A stretch of 64,000 nucleotides of DNA from the human T2T-CHM13v2.0 reference genome, Homo sapiens (GCF_009914755.1 NC_060940.1), one strand, 5' to 3'. Positions 14,401 through 30,646 are shown, numbered from the stretch's first letter. Made by a program: numbers and translations. Notes: generated by a model not told the origin, from the letters alone.

Positions 14401-16777
14401 ATGAGGGTTTCTTAACCCACATAAGGTAGAAAAGACAGAGGGAGCAAAGGATGACCTGCCAGGAGCCAGAGCAGCACAGAGCAACCAACGTGGCCCAGCA
14501 AGACAAGCTGTGCCTTGGTCTTGACAGGGAAGTGGAGGCAGGCTCAGCAGCAGGAAGGGAAACAGTGAGAAGCACGAGATCTTCTGAATCCAACTGCTCT
14601 GACAAAAGCAAAAGTGGGAGCCTTCCAGGCTGGGTAACCACACTGCAGGCCTCACTGCTGGCCAAAATGTGCATCCCATTGTCATACACGGTCACAGCAC
14701 CAGGAGTAGACAAGAATCGCGGCTGGCGCCCATTTACACAGGCTCCAGAGGAGACCCAAGAACTAAAGGCTGGGCTAGAAAGTAAATGCAAATGAAGGAA
14801 GGCCCAGAGCCTATCAGGGATGAGAGGGCACAGTTTCTGCTGAGGGTCATGAGGCTGACTGACTGGTGTGGCATGGAGGTTATTTGAGGGGGTAAATGGC
14901 TATGGGAACCAGGGGAAAAAATGTACTCAGAGTTTCCATTTGTTAATAGCCTTTGCACTGGAAACTTGGCTTCTGAGCCACCAAAAATTGGGGAATGCTT
15001 TGTCATGGATGAGAGAGCTCGTTTTAAAGCAGGAAATAAGCATTTTTCTGGCTTGGGAGGTTTTGCCACTGGAGTACAAGCCAAGGATCAGTGCTGAGGA
15101 TGAGATTTATAAATGATCCGGACGAGCCGAGTTCTGTGAAATTGCCAGTAAACAGGCTTTAGTGAAAGCAAGTATGCGGTATTTCCTATAGGAAAAAATA
15201 AATCACATTATCCTTCTAGGGAGAAGAGCTCAGAATTATCAGCTATGTCCCAGAAATAGAGTTTCAGATTCACTAGACTTTCACCTAAAGACAGACACAA
15301 CAGAATGTAAAAACACCAGCTTTTACAAAAGTAAACAGGACACTGAAGGGTCAGTGTGGGGGAGGAAAGAACACCTGCTTGATTTTTTTAATAGATCAAG
15401 AACAGTGTCTTCAGGGTCCTGAGTACATTCTAATTTGAATAGTGGTCCTGAAGGAAAGACCACCTGGGCACGATTATTCCCAAAAATGGCTTCTGGAAAC
15501 ATCTGTAGCACTTCTACACAGCCAAATGATTTTCATTAGTGGTGACAGCACATTTTATAAGCATGTTTGTTTTGAAAGTGTCTTTTTAAAGTTTTGTCTT
15601 TTTAAATTTCTTACCCTATCTACAAAGTCAGGGCCTACATTCGGGGCATGCCAAGGCCCATCAGCCTCCTGGGGCCCACTAGATTATTTAGAAGCTTATA
15701 TAGTCATGGAAACCAGCCGTCACAGACCACCAAGGACAGCCTCGGAAAAAGGCTCCTGTGGAGGCTCTGCCATGAATCACAAGCTCATCCAGGAGATGGG
15801 CTGCACACTGGGCGGCTCTGTGCTGGGCTGAAACAACAGTTACCCAACACAGGGGCTGCGCACCAGAGCCGGGACAGATCCCATAAGAAGCATGCTGGGA
15901 AGAAGGAAGGGCAGTGAGAGTGGTGCATAGCAGCTGATGGGGCAGGGAGGACACATGTGGCTTTCAGTTACTGGTGTTTTCAGTTGACAAAAATGAATGT
16001 CAGATGTTAGCTATTTCAACATTTTGTCATTCCCTATTATACCATCATGCGACTTGTACCAACAAAGCCATGGGACCCTGGGTAAATTAACATCTCTGAA
16101 CATCAATTTCCTCTTATGTAAAACAGGGGTAACTAGTAATAGCACTTACACCTCACAGGACGATGGAGAGAATTAAGTAATATAAGTCAATAACACAGTG
16201 CCTGGCATGTAATGAGAGCTACAAATGGAAGCTATTACTATTATTGTTATCAACAAAATAACAAAGCAAACTAACCCTAAACCCCAAGCAGGCAGGGCCT
16301 GTAAACAGCAGCCAAAAGCCTTTTCAACCAGCTCTGGTCAGAGCCCCTGGGGCCATTTGCAACAGGTGCAGGGGGCAGGGGGACCACAGGCCATCAGCTG
16401 CACTATGGCCTTCCAATTCTAAAGTGAGCAGGAAGCAAGAAAGCACAAGGCCATGTTCTCCCTAGTACACCTGCTGGTTGAAAGGACATAAGGAAACTAA
16501 TTAGAGGCTTTTTAGTAAGTCCTGTCTCTTTACTCCAAATCAGTTTCTTTTCCAAACACCTCCTTGGAATACACTGTCATGACCTCATCTTTTACCTCCC
16601 CCACAGCTTTTTATCATAAGCCTTTAAAAACGTTCCCTGTTTCGAAGTGGGGAGAGATGCCAGTGGGGAGGCTGCAGTGAAGAAATCATGTTCCGACAGC
16701 AACGGCAGCAGTAATGAAATATCAGTCCGATGGTTTTTTGAATGTTTGGTTAAATTAGAAAATAAAAACCAGTTTAC

Positions 16778-16847
16778 CTGACCCTGAAGTGACTATAAAC
16801 TGTTGTAATCCCAAATAAACTTCTAAATTGTCCTGAAGAACAGGGAA
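16778..16847 (-). CDS. XPO6: Exportin-6 coding exon (probable exon 12, 70 nt; FPVLQDNLEVYLGLQQFIVTSGS)
   Basis: Acceptor tgttttcag|TT, donor CAG|gtaaac; phase 0->1. Confidence 0.95.
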
Positions 16848-17498
16848 CTGAAAACAAAGAAACAAAAACAACAAAAATTTTAAGCCATAAATGCAAGTTT
16901 TAATAGCATTTTAACATTACAACATTAACACGTAACTATGGTGTGAGGAACAGGATCAAAACCTTTTCTCTGGGAACCTTTAAATGCAGCTAAAAAGCTA
17001 TGACCCCCCTTCAGTGCCCCCCAACTAGTTTCTATAATTGAAACCGCCAATTAATACACAGAATAAGAAAGAAAACGTATTAGTTCAACCCTTTTTTTAA
17101 AAAAAAAAAAAAAGCAAAGGACACTGTGGTATGACTCTTACGTTCCTAATAGAGGAGATCAAACCCTGAAATGACCTACACCTTCTAGAACTCTGAGAAG
17201 GGACCATATCTCCCTTCAAATCCAAGGGAACCTCTACCTTGAGAGAAATGTCAGCTATGCCTTATTAAGCACATGGTAAAGTGATAAGATTGGCCAAATT
17301 ATTTGGAAGTCAGTTCCCTGGCTCAAGTAGCGGTCAGAACGTCATAACCGGAGCTGCATCTTTCTTTCTCAAGCTGCTACACTCACCAGTAAGATTAAAA
17401 CGTGACTGGCCCCTAAGAAAGGCAGATGGCAAAGTACGAAGCTTTCCAGGAGAGAACACAAGTATAGCTGGGTCATTCAATGCAAAAGATGACCCTAT

Positions 17499-17795
<297 letters not shown>

Positions 17796-18284
17796 TTACC
17801 CTAATAACTGCCTTGCCTTGAAGAAGTGATGAATTTAATGAAATCTCTTTGAATAACACGCACCACACAGGGAAGGGAATCAATCCTTACAACTAAAGAT
17901 TCCAGCACGTATAGACACACGCAGAGAAAGCTAGCAATTTGCCAAGAGCGAGCTTTACAAAGGCCAGCTTTTCAGCAATGTAACTTCTATAAGTAACAGC
18001 TCCCACTCGGCCTGGCCACTTGCAAGCTACTGATAAAGGTATTAAGGCTTTAGTCAAATTGCTATTATATCCAAGACTAAACAAGGTTCCAAAAGTTGGT
18101 TTAATATTTTGTGGAAATGTTAATATTTGTTCAGTTTGAGCATCACTTATGGTAATTATTCTGTTTTTAAAAATTACATAGAGGGGAAAGAGGGGAGAGA
18201 GAGAGAGATCCAGGGGAGTCAACCAGCCATGCTCTGTGTACAGAGAAATCGCTACACTCTCCACTCCCCCGGACAGCACATTAC

Positions 18285-18377
18285 CAGTGTGGAGAAGGCG
18301 TGCGTGGGCAGGAGCTCCATCACTTTGGCCACCACCTCCAAGCTCTGCCGTAAGTACCGCTGCCACTCCGTCTGCTG
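18285..18377 (-). CDS. XPO6: Exportin-6 coding exon (probable exon 11, 93 nt; QQTEWQRYLRQSLEVVAKVMELLPTHAFSTL)
   Basis: Acceptor cccctacag|CAGCAG, donor CTG|gtaatg; phase 0->0. Confidence 0.95.
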
Positions 18378-19659
18378 CTGTAGGGGAAGCACAGGAGAAT
18401 CAGCTCTCCCAGAATCCTCTCATCTTCCTTGCCAACCTCAAGACCACTCTCAGACATAAAATTTTGAAGAAATGGAAAATGATGGAACCAGGTTATCTGG
18501 TACTATAAAAAGGCCAAGCTAGAATTTTTTAAAAACAATGAATTAATTTCACAAAAAACTACTTCCTCAGAAAGTAAATGATCCACATAGAATAAGCTAT
18601 TTTCCCCCCTTTGGGTTATAGGATACAGAGATGGAGAGCCACTTGTGAAATCACCTGTTGGAAATGATCACGCATCACCTTCTGACACGGTCCACTACTG
18701 TATCCCTATCCACATAACTGACTGACTCAGTGCCACTCAGAATGGGGTCCACAGCCAGCCAGCAAACGCATCCCCTGGTGGGCTGTCAGAGATGCAAATT
18801 CTATGGTCCTCACCCCAAGCCTCCAGAATCAGAATCTGCTTTAACAAGCTGTTCCAGTGATTCTTATCCATGGTGACATTTAAGAAGCAAGACACGTCAC
18901 TCCCCTTTTGGGAGATGAGGACATTAAGGCTCACAGAAATGCCACACCCAGCCCTCCAATCTCCTCCATGCCCAAGGTTGCAGAGCTTCAAACCCAGGCC
19001 ATCTGGCTCTAAGCAAAGGGCTCTCTGTAACCCAAATATGACCACCCATAAGCTCTTGACCATGCCGCAGTCACTCTTACTTTGAGAAGAGCAGCAGTTA
19101 TTTGAAAAATTTTAAAGTGCCTAATGGTTTAAAAAAAAACACTGGAATTGTTTCCTTAAAGACATTTTCCTTATTAATGTTGGGCACATCAGCATCAATA
19201 AATTCAAGGCTGATTTTAAGAAGCAGAAGTTTGCATAATGTACTCCAAACAGACTTCCTTTCATTCTAGCCTTATCGGTTCAGTATCTTGCTAACGGTCT
19301 CCACAAGCATCCAGCTAGCTGTTACTGCTGCCCAGGTTGGGGAGCAGAGGTGAGGGTGCAAGGCAGGGGAGACAGAGAGGATACAGAGTTCTCACTAAAC
19401 CGTTTTTCATTGTGCATATGGTTTCTCTACTTACATCTCTAGTCCACATAGATAAAAAAGCCTGTAAAACATTTTTTATGGTTAATAAGCCAAAAGGGAC
19501 CAGCAGGAGATTAAAAATTTCAAATGTACGACTCAAACCAGAAGACTACTCTGGTTTCAGAACAGTCTTCGGAGCAGAGGGCTCTGGGTTCCAGGTCCCC
19601 ATTCTGATTGATGTCACAACATGACAGCGACAAAAAATCAATCAGGGCATGCCGCTTAC

Positions 19660-19768
19660 ATCGTCATCCAGAGTCTCATCATCCAACTCCTCCAGCTGGG
19701 CTTGGTTGTATCTGAACTGGATTCGATTCAACACCTCTGTGAGCAGGAGCACCAGGGCATCTTCGTAC
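19660..19768 (-). CDS. XPO6: Exportin-6 coding exon (probable exon 10, 109 nt; RYEDALVLLLTEVLNRIQFRYNQAQLEELDDETLDDD)
   Basis: Acceptor ccacatag|GT, donor GAT|gtaagc; phase 2->0. Confidence 0.96.
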
Positions 19769-19979
19769 CTATGTGGCAGGGAGAAATTCAACATTGAAAG
19801 GAGGCTTTCAGCTTAGAATTTGGAAAATGCCTCCTGCACTATAAAAGAAATGGTGTCTATGTTGATCACCATGGAAAAAGAGCATCGAAATTCCTGAGGC
19901 TGAGTTTATGGGTTGGTACGTGTGTGCGCCCATGGAAGAGAAGCAGAGGTATTTATTTAATGACGTACCAGGCACCATG

Positions 19980-20445
19980 TATCTTCCTGACAGACTGTTT
20001 ATATAACAGCCTTTTTTGTCTCTGGCAATAATTTCTGTCTTAAAATATATTTTGTCTCCTATTAGTATAGTGACCCGAGCTTTCTTTTGGCTACTTTTTG
20101 CACGGAATATCTCTTTCCATCTTTTTACTTGCAATCTATTTGTATCTGAATCCAAAGTGAGTCTCTTGTAGACAACACGTCATTGGGTCGTGGCTTTAAA
20201 AAATCTGTTCTCTGCCTTTTTTAACAGGAGAATCTAATCCACTAAATGTAATGTAATTACTGATAAGGAAGGCCTCATTTTTGCCATTTTGCTATTTATT
20301 TTCTATGACTTATGTTCCTCAATTCCTCCATTCCTGCCTTCTTTTGTGTCAAACAGGTATTTTCTAGTGCTGCATTTTAAATCCCTTGTCCTTTCTTTTA
20401 CTAAGTATTTTCAAGTTATGATCTTAGCAGCTGCTCTGGGGATGA
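19980..20445 (-). mobile_element. L1M fragment spanning the start of ORF2 (endonuclease)
   Basis: ORF 19808..20155 (RLQVKRWKEIF...KKARVTILIGDKIYFKTEIIARDKKGCYI) resembles the L1 ORF2p endonuclease. Confidence 0.8.
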
Positions 20446-20646
20446 TAGGCACTGCATATAAATATTACCTAATTCAATGATTTCATGCTTTTAACAGCTG
20501 TGAGAAGTAAATGGTATCAATATTTTTCTGATGAGGAAACAACAATTAACAGAAGTTAAATAAACTGCCCAAGGCCACAAAGCTATTTCGAACCTAGGGC
20601 CCCCTAATTCAAAATCATGTTCTCGCTACACATAAATCACCAATGA

Positions 20647-20960
<314 letters not shown>

Positions 20961-21349
20961 ACCAATGGGTTTTAAGCCTGCTCCACCCAACTCCCAAAAC
21001 CTAATCTTTAGTCCATTTTAAGAAGACTTAGAAACTAAAAAGAGCCTGGGGAAACCCTGACCCTTTGATTTGTGTCTAAGAATAATTTCTCAAAGAAATA
21101 CTCAGAGCGGTAGGTCTGGATATTTCCCACATGTAATAAGAACCCAACTCAGAAGATACCAAGTTATAAGCAACAATTGCTACCACAAGGACCAACAAAC
21201 TGCTCATTTTCAAGAACAAATCATGTTGCCTAAATACTCGCCTATCCTGAAACGCTTCTAAGATAAGTTAAGGGACTGCTCCCATTCATAGAGCAAACCA
21301 CCAGTGCTGGTTAGTAAGCTCTCCACATCAATCTGCTCTCCAAAGCTAT

Positions 21350-21900
21350 GATGCTGGGGCTGAGACTCAAAGGACACTTTGTTTCGGTCTGTTAGGTTCT
21401 GCCAGCAGGGACACTGGAGGGAGACTGGAAGGCAGAAGGGACAAAAGGACTGCATCCTTCCTGTGGGCTTGCTGTCCTGGCAGTGCTGCCCCAGCAACAG
21501 ACACCTGGCAGAAGCAACTGGTTCCGGTTTCCAGCTTCATTCCACATTCCCAGAACTAGTATCGTGCACCCTCAGAGGTGGAGGCAACACCCTCTCCTCA
21601 AAGGAATGGTCCCAGTTCGAAAAGATCCCTCCTCTGAACTCCTGTGGCAGCTAGATGGGGCCCTCTCTTCAGAGATCTGAACCCTAGTTGCTCAGGGACC
21701 AAGCAGTGATCTTCCAGATTTTGACAGCCCCAGCTTCTTGCCTTTGTACTTCTAGCCTTAGGGGTGAAGCCACTTCCTGTACTTATCAACTGTGTTATCT
21801 CAGTGTTTCCTCTGAAACCTATTTAATCAATTTCCTAAAATGAATTTTCTGTTCAAATAATTAAGTATGGTTTCTGATTTCCTGACAGGACTCTAATACA
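21350..21900. mobile_element. ERVL-type solo LTR fragment (LTR16/LTR33-like)
   Basis: gttaggttctgccagcagggacactggagggagactggaagg motif; 3' end ...gtttctgatttcctga...taataca. Confidence 0.45.
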
Positions 21901-22134
21901 CCACCCAATCTAATACAGTTGAGTACTGGGACAACATGATAACCAAAGTTAAAAGATATCCAATACCAAGACCAAATACAGTCCATTTAGTCCAGGAGGT
22001 ACAGCCCATGTGATGAGAATCAGTCTACAGACCACTTACAAATCCTCCTGGATTGTCCCATTTCAGATTTTGGTGACCAGAGTATCTTTTTTTTTTTAAC
22101 TTAAAAATTTAACCTATGCCAAAATTGACATTTG

Positions 22135-22385
22135 TATTTATTTACTTATTTTTTAACATAATTTCAACTTTTATGTTAGATTCAGGGGATACATGTACAG
22201 ACTGGTTACCGGAGTATACTGCGTGATGCTGAGGTTTGAGGTATAACTGATCTCCTCACCCAGGCACTGAGCATAGTACCCAATAGCTTTTCAGCCCCTG
22301 CCCTCCTCCCCACTCCCTCTCTATCAGTCTCCAGTGTCTGTTGTTGCCATCCTATGTCCACGAGCACCCACTATTTAGCTCCCGA
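22135..22385 (-). mobile_element. L1PA/L1PB 3' end
   Basis: Reverse L1 3'UTR (ttcaggggatacatgtacag...gagcatagtacccaatag). Confidence 0.8.
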
Positions 22386-23016
22386 CAGCTCGTTTCTTAA
22401 CTAGAGACAGAGACACTCCCTACTTGCCCATATCCAGCAATGACTCCCCAACTGTATGCAAACGACTTAACAACCTAACACACGCCAGCCCTAAAGTAGA
22501 CTAGCAACTGAACAGGGCCCAGGAAAGAATGCCGGCAGGGAAAAAGGCACTAATAAAATCTGCAACGTCTGTGGGAAAATTCACCCAATAAAGTCAAAAT
22601 CCCACTTAGTAAACTCCATAGAAAGGTAAGATCAAACATTTAGGCCTAGAGTTTATGATTTTGCCTTTGTTCAAGACATAAATTTCTAAAGTTACAGAAG
22701 TTCCACACTATAAATTGCTGTGACAGATCAAAATATTTCCACAATTCTCCTAGGAAAGAAAATCTACTTCAGACCAGAGGACAGATGAATTTTCTCATCT
22801 ATAAATTGTCTTGCTGTGCTAAAAGGAAATTTAGAGACTTTCTATGCAAATGTAACCCTAAATTAGACCTAAAATCTTAACTGGCAATTGGCAACTCTGG
22901 CTGCAAAAAAAACCCGTATCGCTTAGAAAATTAAGTCCAAGTAGGAACCAGGCAAACATGCACATAGATCACTGATCTCCCAAAGTGTCATGTGGGAGGT
23001 GGAGAAAGTATATGGC

Positions 23017-23320
23017 TGTGGCAGACACTCTGGTTGCCTGCCCAATACCCATTCTCCTTCCTCAGCAAGAGAGCACTGGGTATTGAGGCCAACTCAAGGA
23101 CAACATCTCCCCTGAAGATGGGGGCGGTCAACGAGAGCCTAAAAGCAGCTACTGGGTGGGACTTCTAAGAAAGCTTCTTTTGCCCAACCTATCCCACTTC
23201 TCGTTCCTACTGCCTGAATCATGGGTATGATGTCTGTAGCATCATCCAGCATCCATCTCTGACCATAAGATGATGATGGAGAGGGAAGCCATGCCTAATG
23301 GTAGAACAAATAAGTAAGAG
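23017..23320 (+). mobile_element. MLT1J/K-like MaLR LTR fragment
   Basis: Starts tgtggcagacactctggttgcctgcccaatacccattc. Confidence 0.55.
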
Positions 23321-23464
23321 GATTCAAAAAATTACTTGCTACTCAAAGAGACACAACTTCTCAAGGAGAAGACAATCGACAGATGCCAACCTCAAGATGA
23401 CAAAGGTGTTGGAATTATCGATGACTCTAAAACAGCTATAATAACAATGCTCCATGAGGTTCCT

Positions 23465-23866
23465 CTATGGTCTGAATTGTGCGACTCTTCCCCCAAAAAG
23501 TACTCATTCATATATTGAAGCCTAACCCTCAATGTGTCTGTATTTGAAGACAGGGCCTATAAAAAGGTAATAAAGTTATGTGAGGTCAAAGAGTAGGGCC
23601 TTAATCCAATAGGACTGTTGCCCTTATGAGAAGATGAAGAGACACAAGGGTTCTCTCCCTCCCTTTCCTCACATGCACACAAGAAAGGCCACGTGAGCAT
23701 TCAGAGAGAAGGCGCCATCTGCAAGCTACCAAGAGAGCTCACAGAAACAGAATCTGCCAGCATCTTGAAGTGGAACTTCTAGACTCCAAAACTAAGAGAA
23801 AATAAATTTCTGTTGTTTAAGGCCAGCCTGTGGTATTTTGTTATGGTAGCCCAATCTAACTAATAG
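23465..23866 (+). mobile_element. MLT1A-like MaLR solo LTR inserted in an L1M
   Basis: tatggtctgaa...aaataaatttctgttgtttaaggccagcctgtggtattttgttatggtagccc. Confidence 0.75.
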
Positions 23867-24301
23867 AGAAGGTAAACAATATGAGAAAGAAACCTGGAAC
23901 TTCAAGAAGGAAGGAAAAGCAAGAGAAATGGCAATGTCTGGGTAAATCTAATAGACTACTTCTTTCTTCTTAAGAGCTATAAAATATGAATGATGGGTAC
24001 GTGTATAAATTAGAACACTGTCTGGTGGGGTTTTCCAAGTATGTATATGTAAAACCTCAATATAAAGAAGAGAGGCTAAAGGACTCTAATCTATATGGTG
24101 GTAAGGTTTCCATACCACCCTTGTGGTAAAATGTGACTCTGAAAAGTTAAGTATATATACTGTAATACCCAGAGCAACCACCAAAAAAACCCACATAAAG
24201 AAATGTGGTCCAACACTCAATAGACACACTGGAAAAGAAAACTAAATGTGTATGCAACTAACAGAGTCTCAAAATAAATGAAGCAAAAACTGATCAAACT
24301 A

Positions 24302-24800
<499 letters not shown>

Positions 24801-24840
24801 TCAAATGAAAATTAAAATGTAACATTAAAATTTGAAGGAT

Positions 24841-25187
<347 letters not shown>

Positions 25188-26136
25188 TTAAATGCTTATA
25201 TACACCACAGAGATAAGCCTATAAGCCTCAAGTTCTGAGAGTTAAATAAAATTATACATGTTAAGGCAACTACATAGTAGGTGCTCAATAAAATATATAT
25301 GAATAAAGAACAAATGAACAAAGAAATGAATGAAAAACACACAGGTGATAAACAGACAAAATTCCAAGTCAGGTAAATACAAAGGATTGAAGCATATTCC
25401 TGGATAGCTTTTTCAACTCAATAAAGCAACTAAGACTCTATTCACTTGCCCTGTGGGGCAGTCAAGAGCAAGAACTAGAAAGCTGCTAGAGCTCTGATCT
25501 AAACCTAGTTCACACCTTTATTGCACCACAATGTCATGTGTAACAGTGGCACTTCCTCTTTATTAAGCAGGTTCACCCACTCCAAAAAGCAAGGAGCAGT
25601 TTTTCTCACCCTCACTCACATTTGTTTACAGTCCTATCTAATGTCACCAGAATCCCTACGTTGGTTTGTGGCCAGCACTTGCCAGAAGTCTAGTCACAAA
25701 GAGGCTCACAGAACATGACACAATGACTTTAGGTTGCTTCACACACTCAGGTTTCTTCATCTTCCTGTAAAAATAAGTTTCTACACAGGTGACTCCCTTC
25801 ACATTGACAAGCACAAAGAGCCGGAAGTGAGAGAGAAAGGGGAGGTGAACCAATGCTTATTTGCTGAGCACCTACTGTCAGCCAAGGCACTTTACGCTCA
25901 TTAGTTCATCCCACTTTCTCAACAATCTGTGAGGAAGGCACAACCATCCAAAAGCACAAACAAGGAAAGGGAAAGGAAAATCCGGGCCTTTCCATGCCAC
26001 CACCTCAAAATACAGATCAGGATGATCTACCCCATCGGCCATTCCACTCTGCAGGAATGGCTACAGAACATTTACCCCATTAACACTGGGGCTCAGGCTC
26101 TCTCAAGTCCCCACAGTCTCTCATCAAGAAATTCCT

Positions 26137-26372
26137 CTCACACCTGTAATCCCAGCACTTTGGGAGGCCGAGGCGGGTGGATCATGAGGTCAGGAGATCG
26201 AGACCACCCTGGCTAACACGGTGAAACCCCGTCTCTAATAAAAATACAAAAAATTAGCCGGGCGTGGTGGCGGGCACCTGTAGTCCCAGCTACTCGGAAG
26301 GCTGAGGCAGGAGAATGGTGTAAACCCAGGAGGCGGAGCTTGCAGCGAGCCAAGATCGCGCCACTGCGCTCC
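26137..26372 (+). mobile_element. AluY truncated at both ends, no poly(A) tail
   Basis: Starts ctcacacctgtaatccc and ends ccactgcgctcc; AluY diagnostics. Confidence 0.88.
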
Positions 26373-26932
26373 TGACCAGGCAAGGGAGCATGCAGAGCTC
26401 CAATTTCCAAGCTCCTAGGACCAAAAATAAATCTATGTATATTTGTGCTTCTAAATTTGTAGCCTACAATGCTTACCACTTTGTTGTGATGAATGATGCA
26501 AAACCTTTAAACCACAGGGGACAGGAAATGAGTGCTGCCTTTGTGACTTAACCACACCTACATTTCCCATTTAAGACAGCAAGAAAACATTTTTGACTAC
26601 TTCCTGCAAGATTAGTTGCTTCTGAAATATGATTCCAGAACATCCCAACTTCTCTCTGGTATATTTTATCAGTTGACAAACATTTGATCACATGTGCATG
26701 CTCTTAGTTAACATAAATGTGGTCATCACCAGAAGCCAGTGTTCTTCAGCAGCTGCTCCTGCAAAACAGCATATCTCTGATATATTAAGAGTCTCTCATA
26801 GTCTGGAGTGGTGAATGTTAAGGGTTACAGAAAAAATTATAAGCTGAAGTTGAAATATTTTCTTTGTGCAGCCCACTGGACTAACACATGTTCTTTGTAG
26901 TCTACTGTCTTAGACCACTAAGGGGTATCTGA

Positions 26933-27453
<521 letters not shown>

Positions 27454-28035
27454 TGTTGTTTTATTTTTCAAAGGCATAAAGGCATTATATGAAAGTGTTA
27501 TGTTTAAAAAAGAATAAATCATGAAAAATTAAAAAGCCTCATTTAGGATGATAATCACATGATCAATGAGAAAAATTCCCACTGTTTCAAGTGGTCAGCC
27601 AGAACAACTGACAACTGTGACATTAGACAACAGATGCCAGGGCAGGCAGGTAAACATCTGCAGGTGGGCTAAAGGCCTTTAGACTGTCCAGGGGCCATGC
27701 CACCTAACGCTACAGTCACAACCACAGTCTAAAGGCAGTAACATCTTCTATTATTCATCATTGCTGTTGTCATCACTGTGACCATTTACTGAGTGCCTAA
27801 TACATCTAGATGCTGTGCCAGGTATTTTACATACATGATTTCCTTGAATCCTAACCATCCTGCAAGAGAAGTGTTAAGTACGTCCATTTTGCAAGAGGAA
27901 ATGTGATCAGCATATAACTTGACCAAAAGTAACACGGCTAGCCTAAAGCAAAAAAAGAATTTAAATTCTCTATACCACTGCTCTATTAGTATAATGATCT
28001 GCAAAAGTGTGTGTTTAATACTAATAATCTGCTAG

Positions 28036-28551
<516 letters not shown>

Positions 28552-28795
28552 TAACTTTTCCTTCAAGAATCTCATTTCAAAAACATAATTACTTAAAGTT
28601 GGCAACTTCACCAAAAACAGGATCTCCTGTGTGTAATACGATTTCTGATATATGAACGTACTACCTATAATCACACATGTGACCTGACACCATAGCAACC
28701 TGGAACTTATTCCACAATTACAAAAACCATCTTTGGGAACAAAAGAACAAATGTTTAAACTTGGAAAATAAAATTCTCAACAGAATATTTGCATA

Positions 28796-29015
28796 TTTAT
28801 TTATTTTAATTTTCAATAGAGACAGAGTTCAGCAAATGGTACCAGTGACTGGTACCAAGAGACACAAGGAGTCTCACTATGTTCCCAGCCTGGAGAGCAG
28901 TGGCCAGCCACAGCGTGATCACTGCACACAACAGTTCTGAACTCCTGAGCTCCAGCGATTCTTCTGCCTCAGCCTCCCATGTGGCTGAGACTACAGGTAC
29001 ATACTACCACATCTA
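28796..29015 (-). mobile_element. Old Alu monomer (FAM/FRAM-like) with an internal insertion
   Basis: Diverged reverse Alu monomer. Confidence 0.6.
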
Positions 29016-30536
29016 GGTCCTGTTTAGAATTTTTTAAACTCATAAAACCTCAGCAATGGAAAAGCCTTTGGAGTTCCAGCCCAACCTTTTCTCTGCAGTG
29101 GAGTCTCTCCTCTCCACCTTCCTCCATTTGGTACATTTATGGGGAAAGAGTATTCACTAACACCACCACCAGGTGAACACTTGCAGTGTGCCAAGCATTC
29201 TAAATATGTTAGTTCGTTATTTCAATTAATGTCTCAACAACTATTATTTTCATCCTCATTTTACAAATGAGGAAACAGAAGCTTCCACAGGCTAAGTACC
29301 TTACCCAAGTACCCCTAGGTAGGAACTACAAAACCAGGATCCAAACATAGGTCTGTGCGATTCCCCGTCATGGCTTCCACTCGACAGAACCCCCTCATGC
29401 ACTGGTTTTACAACACAATGACCACCTAATCTGAAATTGCTCTTATAAATACTGTGCAAAGAAGTAGGAGCTATAACCAAACTGAGTAAAATCTGCAGGC
29501 ACTCTGTTAAGTATGATAAAGTACTTAGGGCTAGATCACCTAGTTTGTAATCTCATAGCATAAATATACAAATTATACGAATCAGTTTTAGTTTATTAGG
29601 AAACTACTCTGATCCTAAAATGCAAAATATAGCTTCTTTGCCTCCTTCATGACTGCCTGCTCACTGTGTGACTGGGATGCAGTCACCTACTGAGACTATG
29701 ATGGGTATGTTTCTGCTAAGAAAAGCTGCCACATTTACTTTCCCCATATATGGATGCTGCCATTATTTTCCTGGCATGCTGAATCTCCACCTTCCCCTCC
29801 TCTTCTCCCCACCCTGTGGCACAAAGAACATATTGTACAGGAAATATACTCTCTTCCTGCAAGCAAGAAAAATGGGTTTGAGAAACATATGGGGGGGAAA
29901 ACAAACCATTCCGCATTCTCTGTTTTTTAAAAATACAACAAAAAGTGCAAAAGCAATTATCTCTGGGGTGTGGGATTATGTTTATCTTCCTTACATTTTC
30001 CTATATCTTTTCCTAGATTTAAAAATGAACACCTTTTTCTTAACAGGTATTTATTAATTTATTTAGGAAATTTTCAAACACATACAAATGGGGTAAGAAC
30101 ATAATGAACCCCAAGTTCCTAGGAACTAACTCCAACATCAATCACCAACACATGGGCAGCCTGTTTCTTCTCTACAGGAACCCACTTCCCTTCTACCCCC
30201 ACTGGGTTATTTAAGCAAATCCCAGATGTCATATCATTTTATCCAATAAATACTTCAGTTTGTATCTCTAAAATAAGGGCTATTAAAAAATTAAGAACAT
30301 TAACACAAATGCACTAAAATATAAAAAATTAGTAATACATATTACTTTTAAAATTTTAAAAAGTCTTAACAAAATACTTAAAGGAGAAAAAAAAGGAAAT
30401 GCTCAATGGCATTATTGCCTAAACAGCTTACATGACTCAGCTTCACTGAAAAGGTCCAAATGCATGGCTGTCCCTTAGGCCACTAGAATAACTGGCAAAA
30501 TGACCATATCTAGTTTTCAGTGTTTGAGGAGTTTAC

Positions 30537-30646
30537 CTGTTGAGAACTGCTTCCTTGTCTCCAAGACGACTTTTAATTTTACTTGTCAGATAGTCCAAAA
30601 ACAGCGTCCAGATATCCAAACAAGAGAAGTAACCTTCATGAGTAGG
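30537..30646 (-). CDS. XPO6: Exportin-6 coding exon (probable exon 9, 110 nt; PTHEGYFSCLDIWTLFLDYLTSKIKSRLGDKEAVLN)
   Basis: Acceptor tgtaccatag|CC, donor CAG|gtaaac; translated by hand; phase 0->2. Confidence 0.96.
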
